A DNA stretch of 47,708 nt from Odoribacteraceae bacterium (lineage in GTDB: Bacteria > Bacteroidota > Bacteroidia > Bacteroidales > Marinifilaceae), in contig JAISAV010000078.1 in assembly GCA_031266545.1 (NCBI GenBank), forward strand, positions 1 to 47,708. The letters are read 5' to 3'. Shown piece after piece: positions 1-7,213 of the stretch (positions are counted from its first letter, which is position 1; the number at the start of each line of letters is the position of its first letter). The notes beneath the pieces were generated by a model that was given only the letters and a program-made list of their open reading frames with translations, was not told the DNA's origin and did no database searches. Position numbers and translations under genes: made by a program.

Positions 1-478
1 GACTGGTGTTCTCCTGCCCTTCGACGCGCTTCAAGGCCTTCTTGAGGGCTTCTAACGGGTAGGTTGTTTCAAGCGTGGCGCCCACGCTCCAACCGACGAT
101 TTCTTCCGTGTAAGCATCCAGCACCAGCGAGAGATAGCAGAAGAGATAAGCGTGTTCATCCCGGCACACGGGAATGTATGTTATATCGCTTACCCATAAC
201 TGGTTGTGCGCATAGGGGATAAAGTCCCTGATGATGTTCGGGTAGAGAGACAGGCCGCACGTGGAGTCGGTTGTCCTGGGCTTCCTCGTCCTTGCCCTGA
301 CCTTGAGCCCGTGGCGGTCAATCATACCCTCGAAGCGGTCGCGACCTGCCGGGTTGTTGCCCCCGAACGCTTTACTGTACATGTGCCAGGGCTTCAGCCC
401 GCCTATGCCGGGGTCTTTTTCCCGTATTTCATGGATGTATTGTATCACGAATTCCTCCCGGGCGACCTTGAGAAGCAT
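1..478 (-). CDS. IS3-family transposase, OrfB/integrase-core protein (N-terminal part; runs off the left edge)
   Basis: Minus-strand ATG at 478, open to position 1. It is absent from the ORF track because there is no stop inside the window. My translation: MLLKVAREEFVIQYIHEIREKDPGIGGLKPWHMYSKAFGGNNPAGRDRFEGMIDRHGLKVRARTRKPRTTDSTCGLSLYPNIIRDFIPYAHNQLWVSDITYIPV... The RKPRTTDS..YPN..NQLWVSDITYI block is the HTH-to-rve junction typical of IS3-family OrfB. No OrfA-like ORF lies upstream. Confidence 0.8.
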   Translation of the reverse strand, partial: MLLKVAREEFVIQYIHEIREKDPGIGGLKPWHMYSKAFGGNNPAGRDRFEGMIDRHGLKVRARTRKPRTTDSTCGLSLYPNIIRDFIPYAHNQLWVSDITYIPVCRDEHAYLFCYLSLVLDAYTEEIVGWSVGATLETTYPLEALKKALKRVEGQENTS

Positions 479-512
479 TGACTCTCTCCCTCCGTCATAA
501 ATTATTTATAGA

Positions 513-520
513 CAAAAATA
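513..520 (-). promoter_or_regulatory. Bacteroidetes -7 box (TATTTTTG on minus strand) upstream of the transposase ORF
   Basis: Plus strand reads CAAAAATA, which is TAnnTTTG on the minus strand, 35 nt upstream of ATG 478. Motif match only. Confidence 0.35.
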
Positions 521-563
521 AAAAAACAGTTGTCGGTATGGTTGCAATCTCGAAAACTATGCA

Positions 564-571
564 TACATTTG
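564..571 (+). promoter_or_regulatory. Bacteroidetes -7 box TACATTTG pointing toward the SusC-like gene
   Basis: Exact TAnnTTTG match in an AT-rich stretch. It faces away from the transposase and lies about 500 nt upstream of ATG 1067. Confidence 0.3.
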
Positions 572-762
572 CGAAAATCATCGTGTGTGCGTGTTTGAAT
601 CCTGAACTATCGTATAATTTTTCTACCCCGGATCGTGGTTTTTGATGAAGTGACCCGGTGGCTGGTGGCTTGATCATTTGTCGTTTCTGCCGGTATCCTG
701 GCGTCGCGTGTCGATCTTGCCATCGCGGGAGCCGTGAATTGCGTTTTTTCGAGAGTTTTAAT

Positions 763-782
763 GTCCCCGCCGAGGCGGGGAC
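763..782. other. GC-rich stem-loop (GTCCCCGC-CGAG-GCGGGGAC)
   Basis: Perfect 8-bp stem with a tetraloop. No U-tract on either strand. Sits in the non-coding region between the IS fragment and SusC. Confidence 0.5.
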
Positions 783-1066
783 GGGTAGTTAAAATTAAAA
801 TAGTAAGGTTATGAAACAAATGACTGCACGCGTGAACCGCCCTCGTTGGCGGGCGCGCGTTAGCTTGACGGCACGTATCAGGGATCCCGTCGGGTAAAAT
901 CCACGGCTCGTGAAAAGGACGACGCGGCCGGTCGCCGGGAAAGAGGCCCGCGCGACCCGCTCGAGGTCGGAGGCTCGTGACACGGTCACGTGATGCCCGG
1001 GCGTTTAGCATCGCCCGCGGTATCGTGCTACTTTTTCTATTATCAATCCACAAAAAAACTACAAGT

Positions 1067-4000
1067 ATGAAAAAAAAATTGATCTACATGTTCCTGCTCT
1101 TGCATTTTTCCATGCAGGCGGGGGCGCAAGAGTTACAAGTTTCGGGTAAAGTCACCTCGAGCGACGGGATCTCCCTCCCCGGCGTGACCGTCCTCCAGCG
1201 GGGCACGCGACGGGGGGTGACCACCGACGCGAGGGGCGAGTACGCGATCTCGGTGCCCGCCGGCGCCGAGCTACAATTTTCGTATATCGGCTTCAAGAGC
1301 CAGGTAATCAACGTCGGCCACCGCACGCGCGTGAACGTGCGGATGGAGGAGGAGATCCGCGAGATCGACGAGGTGATCGTGGTGGCTTACGGCACGGCCA
1401 AGAAAGAGTCCTTCACGGGATCCATCGCCACGATCAAGGACGATAAGCTGGCGTCGCGCCAGGTCTCCAACGTGACCAGCGCCCTGTCCGGGCAGTTGCC
1501 CGGCGTGCAGGTGCGTAGCGGCAACGGCCAGCCGGGAGTCACGTCCACCGTGCGCATCCGGGGCATCGGCTCGCTGTCGGCCGGTAACGCGCCGCTGTAC
1601 GTGGTGGACGGGGTGCCCTACGACGGGGACATTTCCTCCATCAACAGCGCCGACATCGAGTCGATCAACGTCCTGAAGGACGCCGCCTCCAACGCCCTCT
1701 ACGGCGCCCGCGGGGCGAACGGCGTCATCCTGATCACGACGAAGCGGGCCAAGACGGCCGAGGCGCTCGTCTCGGTGGAGGCCCGCTGGGGTAATAACTC
1801 GCGCGCGGTGCCCAACTACCGGGTGTTGAAGGATCCCGGCGTCTACCTCGAGAAGGTTTACGAGGCCATGTACAACGGTTTCGCCGCCTCCATGACCGCG
1901 CCGAACGCGCGCCTGGCCGTGTTGAGGGACATCGCCACGAACAGCAACGGCGGCGTGGGCTACCGCGTGCACGCCCTCCCGGCGGGCGAGGATCTCTTCG
2001 ACGCCAACGGGAAGTTGAACCCGAACGCCACGCTCGGCTACAGCGACGGGAAGTACACCTACCGCCCCGACGACTGGTACAAGGAGCTGTTCGACAGCGG
2101 CAACCTGCGGCAGGAGTACAACGTCTCCGTCTCGGGACTGACGGAGAAGCTCAACTACTACCTCTCGCTGGGCTACCTCGATGACTCGGGGATCATGGCC
2201 GGGTCGGGCTTCAAGCGTTACACCTCCCGCGCGAACGTGGACTACCAGGCCAAGGGCTGGCTGAAGGTGGGCAGCCGCGTCGCGTACACGCGCTACGACA
2301 TGCAATATCCCCCCGACCAGACTTCCAGCGGGAGTTCCGGCAACCTCTTCTACCTCGCCAACAACATCGCCCCCGTCTACCCGCTCTACGTGCGGGACGA
2401 CAAGGGCAACATCATGACGGATAATCGCGGTTTCACCGTCTACGATTTCGGCGACCTGTCCAGCACCAATTTCAGCCGCACCTTCATGAGCGGCTCCAAC
2501 CCGGCCTCGCTCAGCAAGCTGGACAGGCGGAATTACGCGGCGGACGTCTTCAGCGGTCGCTGGTTCGCCGCGGTGGAGTTCGTGAAGGGGCTGACGTTCA
2601 CGTATAACTTCGGCGCCGACATCGACAACACCCGCTACTCTCGCCTCTACAACGCCTACTACGGGCAGTACTCCAAGGTGGGGGGTATCGTCTACGTCGG
2701 GCATGACCGCACCTCCTCCATCAACCACCAGCAGTTGCTGGCCTACACCGTCGCGTTCGACGACCTGCACTCCCTCGACGTGCTGCTGGGGCACGAGTCC
2801 TACGCCCTGGAACTGAAAAGCCTGCTGGCGAAGAAGGAGAAACTCTACGACCCGGGCGTCGTCGAGATCGACAACGGGATCCTGACGCCCTCGGCCAGCT
2901 CGAACGCCAACCGCTACGGGACGGAAGGCTGGTTCGGGCGCGCGCGGTACGAGTTTGACCGTTCCTACATCGTCAGCCTCTCGTACCGCCGCGACGCCTC
3001 CTCGCGTTTCCACGGGGCCAACCGCTGGGGTAACTTCGGCAGCGTGGGGGGCGCGTGGCTGGCCAGCCGCGAGCCGTTCCTCGCCGACCGGGCATGGATC
3101 GATTTCCTCAAGGTCAAGGCCAGCTACGGGATACAGGGGAACGACGACCTCCTCTACCAGGACGGCACCAAGAACTATTACCCGGACAGGGACCAGTACA
3201 CGCTGAGCGAGAATAACGGCGACTTCGCCCTCAACCTGACCTACAAGGGGAACAGGGACATCACGTGGGAGACCTCCCGCTCGTTCAACGCCGGCGTCGA
3301 CTTCTCGCTGTGGAACGGCCGGCTGTCGGGAACGCTCGAGTACTTCTCGCGCGTCACCGACGACATGCTCTACTACCGTCCCGTCTCCCTGTCGGGCGGT
3401 TACGCCTCCCTCCCCTCGAACATCGGCAAGGTCTCGAATAGCGGGCTGGAGGTCGGCCTGAACTCCACGCTCGTCGCGACGGGCAAGGCGCGTCTCTCCC
3501 TCTTCGCCAACGCGACGCTGCTGAGGAACAGGATCAAGTCCCTCGCCCCCGAGTTGCAGGGAGAGTTGATCGACGGGACGAACATCTTCCGGGAGGGGGA
3601 ATCCATCTACCAGCTCTACTTCGCGCGCTACGCCGGCGTGGACGCGGACGGGAAGGCCCTCTATCACGTGGAGGACAAGGCGACGGGAAACCTCTCCACG
3701 ACCACGGACTGGCCGCTGGCCACGAAACGCGCCACCGGTGACCTGTTGCCCGACCTCTACGGGGGATTTGGCTTCACGCTCGACGCGTACGGCTTCGACC
3801 TCTCGTTCTCGGCCGCCTACCAGCTCGGAGGCAAGATCCTCGACTCCGGCTACCAGGGGCTGATGCACGCCGGGTCGGCCTCCACCGCCGGGCAAAACTG
3901 GCACGAGGACATCCTCGGCTCGTGGTCGACCACCAACGCGACCTCCCGCGTCCCGCGCGTGGGGGCCAACGATACCTACGCCAATTCCACGTCGGATCGC

Positions 4001-4237
4001 TTCCTGATCAGCTCGAATTACCTCGACATCACGAACATCTCGCTGGGATACACGCTCCCCGCCTCGTTCCTCGAGCAACTCGACATCGTCGACCTGCGCG
4101 TCTACGGCGTGGCCGATAACATCGCCCTGTTCACCCGGCGCCGGGGCCTCGACCCGCGACAATCCTACACCTCCGTCAACGCGGCCCGCTACTCGCCCAT
4201 CCGCGCCGTGTCCGGGGGCCTGAGTTTTAAATTTTAA
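1067..4237 (+). CDS. SusC/RagA-family TonB-dependent outer-membrane receptor (pair 1)
   Basis: ORF 977..4237, trimmed to ATG 1067 (MKKKLIYMFLLLHFSMQAGAQE signal peptide). Carboxypeptidase-regulatory-like N-domain (VSGKVTSSDGISLPGVTVLQRGTRRGVTTDARGEYAISVP). Plug/TonB-box region (IDEVIVVAYGTAKKESFTGS, NALYGARGANGVILITTKR). Aromatic C-terminus ..GGLSFKF. A SusD-like gene follows 12 nt downstream. Confidence 0.93.
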   Translation: MKKKLIYMFLLLHFSMQAGAQELQVSGKVTSSDGISLPGVTVLQRGTRRGVTTDARGEYAISVPAGAELQFSYIGFKSQVINVGHRTRVNVRMEEEIREIDEVIVVAYGTAKKESFTGSIATIKDDKLASRQVSNVTSALSGQLPGVQVRSGNGQPGVTSTVRIRGIGSLSAGNAPLYVVDGVPYDGDISSINSADIESINVLKDAASNALYGARGANGVILITTKRAKTAEALVSVEARWGNNSRAVPNYRVLKDPGVYLEKVYEAMYNGFAASMTAPNARLAVLRDIATNSNGGVGYRVHALPAGEDLFDANGKLNPNATLGYSDGKYTYRPDDWYKELFDSGNLRQEYNVSVSGLTEKLNYYLSLGYLDDSGIMAGSGFKRYTSRANVDYQAKGWLKVGSRVAYTRYDMQYPPDQTSSGSSGNLFYLANNIAPVYPLYVRDDKGNIMTDNRGFTVYDFGDLSSTNFSRTFMSGSNPASLSKLDRRNYAADVFSGRWFAAVEFVKGLTFTYNFGADIDNTRYSRLYNAYYGQYSKVGGIVYVGHDRTSSINHQQLLAYTVAFDDLHSLDVLLGHESYALELKSLLAKKEKLYDPGVVEIDNGILTPSASSNANRYGTEGWFGRARYEFDRSYIVSLSYRRDASSRFHGANRWGNFGSVGGAWLASREPFLADRAWIDFLKVKASYGIQGNDDLLYQDGTKNYYPDRDQYTLSENNGDFALNLTYKGNRDITWETSRSFNAGVDFSLWNGRLSGTLEYFSRVTDDMLYYRPVSLSGGYASLPSNIGKVSNSGLEVGLNSTLVATGKARLSLFANATLLRNRIKSLAPELQGELIDGTNIFREGESIYQLYFARYAGVDADGKALYHVEDKATGNLSTTTDWPLATKRATGDLLPDLYGGFGFTLDAYGFDLSFSAAYQLGGKILDSGYQGLMHAGSASTAGQNWHEDILGSWSTTNATSRVPRVGANDTYANSTSDRFLISSNYLDITNISLGYTLPASFLEQLDIVDLRVYGVADNIALFTRRRGLDPRQSYTSVNAARYSPIRAVSGGLSFKF

Positions 4238-4249
4238 CACGTTAATATC

Positions 4250-5845
4250 ATGAAAACACGAAGATTATACATCGCCTGCGTCGCCCTGCTGTGCGCCGCG
4301 TGCGACCTCGAACTTGACCCCGCGGGCGCGACCTTCACCGGGGGGCAGAAGGACAAGCTCGCGGCCCTCGACCCCGACAAACTGCAATCGGACGTCAACG
4401 GCCTGTACGCCGGGCTGATCCGCCTCGAGTCTATCGCCTCGTGGGCCGGCACCACCCTCCATTTCGACTTCGGCTACCCGGCCGCCTGCATGATGTTCGA
4501 CGCCTCCGGCATGGACGTGGCGTCGGAAAATAGCGGCTACAACTGGTTCAGGCGCGAGCAAGACTTCACCGACCGCGTGGCCAACGGCAGGGAGACCTAT
4601 TTCCTGTGGAACCTCTTCTACTCCCACGCCAAGACGGCGAACGACATCATCCGGGCCATCGACCCCGCGACCGACGACAAGACCCTGAAAGGCTACCTCG
4701 GGCAGGCGCTCGCCTCCCGCGCCTTCGACTACCTGCACCTCGCGCAGGTCTACCAGTTCACCTACGCCGGGAATGAGCAGGCGCTCGCCGTCCCCCGCGT
4801 GACGGAGAAGACCCCGGCGGATTCTATTAACGATAACCCCCGCGAGACCGTGGAACGCCTCTACGCCTTTATCCTCGAGGACCTCACGCGGGCCATCGAC
4901 CTGCTCGACGGCTTTGACCGGAAGGGCCGCAAGGAGTGCATCGACCAGAACGTGGCCCACGGCCTCCGCGCCCGCGCCCACCTCTTGATGGAGCGCTGGG
5001 ACGAGGCCGCCGCGGACGCTGAAAAGGCCATCGCGGGTTTCACCCCCTACTCCACCGGTGACGTGTCGAAACCCTCGTTCAACAACATCGCCGCCGCCTC
5101 GTGGATATGGGGCTGCGCCATCACGGAAAATAACGACGTGGTGCAATCGGGCATCGTCAACTTCCCCTCGCACATGTGCAGCCTCACCGGCAACGGCTAC
5201 GCCCCCGCCTACGCGGGACGCTACATCAACGACGCGCTCTGGGACAAGATCCCCTACACGGACGTCCGCAAGGGCTGGTGGCTCGACCGGGACATGAAGT
5301 CCCCGAACGTCGACACCACCTGGACGATCGTCTACAACGGCACGCGGTACGACCTCGCCACGTGGTTCGAGTTCCAGGCCCCTTACCTGAACATGAAGTT
5401 CGGCCCCTATCAAGACGTCTACAACAATCCCGTCAACGCCTGTGACTTCCCGCTGATGCGCGTCGAGGAGATGATGCTCGTCCGCGCCGAGGGCCTCGGC
5501 ATGGGGAGCAACTTCGCCGCGGGACAGCAGGCGCTGGTCGATTTCGTGCGCGCTTACCGTTGCCCGGACTTCCTCTCGCTCGCCTCCACGCCGCGGGAGT
5601 TGCAGGACGAGATCTGGTTCCAGCGCCGCGTCGAGCTGTGGGGCGAGGGCTTCTCGCTCTTCGACCTCAAGCGGCTGAAGAAACCGCTGCACCGCCTCGG
5701 CACGAATTTCCCGGAGAACGTCTGCTTCGACCTGGCCACGGAAGCGCCCATCCTCCTGTGGCTGATCCCCGAAAGCGAGATGAACACGAACAAGGGTATA
5801 CAGGAAAATAACCCCGTGGTACCGATCCCGACCCTGACCCCGTGA
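4250..5845 (+). CDS. SusD/RagB-family nutrient-binding outer-membrane lipoprotein (pair 1)
   Basis: Lipoprotein signal MKTRRLYIACVALLCAAC. 531 aa. Position directly after the SusC-like gene. SusD-like C-terminal region (EIWFQRRVELWGEGFSLFDLKRL). Confidence 0.9.
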   Translation: MKTRRLYIACVALLCAACDLELDPAGATFTGGQKDKLAALDPDKLQSDVNGLYAGLIRLESIASWAGTTLHFDFGYPAACMMFDASGMDVASENSGYNWFRREQDFTDRVANGRETYFLWNLFYSHAKTANDIIRAIDPATDDKTLKGYLGQALASRAFDYLHLAQVYQFTYAGNEQALAVPRVTEKTPADSINDNPRETVERLYAFILEDLTRAIDLLDGFDRKGRKECIDQNVAHGLRARAHLLMERWDEAAADAEKAIAGFTPYSTGDVSKPSFNNIAAASWIWGCAITENNDVVQSGIVNFPSHMCSLTGNGYAPAYAGRYINDALWDKIPYTDVRKGWWLDRDMKSPNVDTTWTIVYNGTRYDLATWFEFQAPYLNMKFGPYQDVYNNPVNACDFPLMRVEEMMLVRAEGLGMGSNFAAGQQALVDFVRAYRCPDFLSLASTPRELQDEIWFQRRVELWGEGFSLFDLKRLKKPLHRLGTNFPENVCFDLATEAPILLWLIPESEMNTNKGIQENNPVVPIPTLTP

Positions 5846-5849
5846 TCGC

Positions 5850-6143
5850 TTGAAAAGTTTCCGGGGGTGCCCGGAAAGATTCCGGGCATCCCCGGAAGGA
5901 TTCCGGGCACCCCCGGGAAGATTCCGGGCACTCCCGGAAAGATTCCGGGCACCCCCGGAAAGATTCCGGGCACCCCCGGAAAGATTCCGGGCACTCCCGG
6001 AAAGATTCCGGGCACCCCCGGAAAGATTCCGGGCACTCCCGGAAAGATTCCGGGCACCCCCGGGAAGATTCCGGGCACCCCCGGGAAGATTCCGGGCACC
6101 CCCGGAAAGATTCCGGGTGCTACCGGAAAGTTCCCGGGGCTAA
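5850..6143. repeat. Tandem array of a 21-bp hairpin-forming unit (CCGGAAAGATTCCGGGCACCC), 12 good copies plus a degenerate copy at each end
   Basis: Read directly. Units start at 5871, 5892, 5913 and so on to 6102, with degenerate units at about 5850 and 6123. Each unit holds the inverted repeat CCCGGA(A)/(T)TCCGGG. The array fills the whole gap between the SusD stop (5845) and the convergent GT2 stop (6140-6142). No spacers, so it is not a CRISPR. All frames are open on both strands, as expected for a 21-bp repeat. Confidence 0.95.
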
Positions 6144-7213
6144 TAATATTTCTTGGAGAAGCCCCTGGGGGCGCGGCCCCGCGCGAGGCACCACCCTCCC
6201 CACAGCAGGCCAAGCCCGTAGGCGCCGACCTGTATCGTGAGCGTGACGACGGAGAGCATGGCCACGCGCGGGCTGCCGTGCCTGAGTCCCGACTGGCAAA
6301 AGGCCACGAGGCACGCGGCCAGGTATCCCCCGCCCGCGCAAGCCCACGCCACCCGCGTGAACGCGGCGGCGGGGAAGAACGCCGTCACCGCGCACAGGAG
6401 CGACAATCCCGCGAGCAACGCGGCGGGGAGCAGGTGCACGGGGCGCAGCGTGCCGGGATGCGCCCGGGAGAGGTTGACGCGGGCCACCCCCCAGTTGAAT
6501 ACCTGCCGGAAAAACTTGGGGAGGCTCGTGCGGCGCTTGTGGTAGACGTACGCGCCGGGGATCAGGCCGACGGAGAATCCTGCGGCGTAGACGCGCATGG
6601 AGTAGTCCATGTCTTGCCCGTGGCGCAGGTCGCCCATCTCGCCGATCGTCTCGCGGACGCGCCGGGAGATGCCCATGTTGAAGCTGCGGGGGTAGAAGCG
6701 GCCGACGCTTTTCCGGCCGCCGCGCGTGCCTCCCGTGCCGATAAAGGAGGTCATGGAGTAGTTAATGGCCTTGAGCAGGGGGGGGAAAGAGGGGTGGCAC
6801 GTGTCCGGGCCGCCGAAGGCGTCGAGGGGTTTCGCCGCCATCGCCCGCTCGATCTCGGCGAGCCAGCAGGGGGGAAAGGTGCAGTCGGAGTCGACGAAGA
6901 TGAAGTACTCCCCCCGCGCCACCCTCATGCCGTGGTTGCGGGCGGCCCCCGGCCCGCGGTTTTGCTGGAAGACGGCGCGGACGCGCAGGCCGGAAGGCGA
7001 GACGCGGCGCTCGATAAAATCGCGGAAACCGTCCCGCGAGCCGTCGTCCACGAAGATGATCTCGAAGGAGGCGCGGTCGCCTTCTAGTCGCTCGGCGCTC
7101 TCGAGCAGTTCCCGGGCCTCCTCCACCCGGTTGTAGATGGCGATGATCACCGACCAGCGGCAGGGGGTCTCCTTGTTTGTCGTCTCGTTCATTTCGCGGG
7201 GGTGTTTGGTCAT
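6140..7213 (-). CDS. Family-2 glycosyltransferase (GT-A fold) with C-terminal transmembrane helices
   Basis: ORF 6140..7885, trimmed to ATG 7213 (MTKHPREMNE..). Motifs: WSVIIAIYNRVEE, IIFVDDGSRDG, FIFVDSDC (DxD), GQDMDYSMRV, VYHKRR. Hydrophobic C-terminal third. Its ATG overlaps the upstream stop as ATGA (7210-7213). Confidence 0.85.
   Translation of the reverse strand: MTKHPREMNETTNKETPCRWSVIIAIYNRVEEARELLESAERLEGDRASFEIIFVDDGSRDGFRDFIERRVSPSGLRVRAVFQQNRGPGAARNHGMRVARGEYFIFVDSDCTFPPCWLAEIERAMAAKPLDAFGGPDTCHPSFPPLLKAINYSMTSFIGTGGTRGGRKSVGRFYPRSFNMGISRRVRETIGEMGDLRHGQDMDYSMRVYAAGFSVGLIPGAYVYHKRRTSLPKFFRQVFNWGVARVNLSRAHPGTLRPVHLLPAALLAGLSLLCAVTAFFPAAAFTRVAWACAGGGYLAACLVAFCQSGLRHGSPRVAMLSVVTLTIQVGAYGLGLLWGGWCLARGRAPRGFSKKYY

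Noticed and set aside
860-1000. Cobalamin riboswitch upstream of the SusC-like receptor (AGGGAT..GGGTAAAATCC..GCCGGGAAAGAGGC..GGTCGGAGGCTCG)
   Set aside because: Only loose resemblance to the AGGGAA/GGTGAAAATCC core. No convincing CCCGCAACTGT, GCCACTG or B12-box (AGYCAGGAGACCTGCC) elements. The receptor is a SusC/SusD pair, not BtuB-like. It needs cmscan before any claim. The shared GGATCCCGnCGGG string with 9366-9381 looks coincidental.
977-1066. N-terminal extensions implied by the ORF track: 977 for SusC, 9727 for dnaG, 16768 for the Calx-beta protein, 40765 for sigma, 7885 for GT2, 9165 for AsnB.
   Set aside because: The internal ATGs give canonical signal peptides or homology-consistent N-termini (MKKK.. 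signal peptides, MCGIAG, MIDQGTVEKI). The upstream extensions are GTG or spurious starts in GC-rich DNA, or overlap the neighbouring gene.
1271-4240. A 989-aa ORF antisense to the SusC-like gene. Similar long shadow ORFs: 4265..5692(-), 9775..11175(-), 15183..16556(-), 17923..19332(-), 19650..20840(+), 22268..23833(+), 25156..26919(+), 41181..43922(-), 42092..43021(+), 43238..44929(+), 44772..45494(-), 45734..47053(-).
   Set aside because: Each one overlaps a gene with strong family motifs on the other strand or in another frame. Their translations are Arg/Gly/Val/Asp/His/Pro-rich low-complexity strings with no motifs. That is the usual stop-codon-poor shadow frame of GC-rich coding DNA.
5850-6143. 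The 21-bp repeat array as a CRISPR array
   Set aside because: The repeats are directly adjacent with no unique spacers. The unit is only 21 bp, and there are no cas genes in the window.
5846-7087. The repeat array as coding sequence: a (PGKIPGT)n extension in frame with SusD after its TGA (ORF 5867..7087), or the ORFs 5850..6143(+) and 5554..6213(-).
   Set aside because: Any 21-bp repeat without stop triplets is open in all frames. The in-frame continuation runs antisense through the well-supported GT2 gene for about 1 kb. The Gly spacing is not collagen-like. No evidence for read-through.
7210-7213. The start/stop overlaps ATGA (asnB-like/GT2) and GTGA (ilvC/ilvA at 45842-45845) as something unusual
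   Set aside because: Four-nucleotide overlaps are common translational coupling in operons. They are recorded as evidence for co-transcription only.
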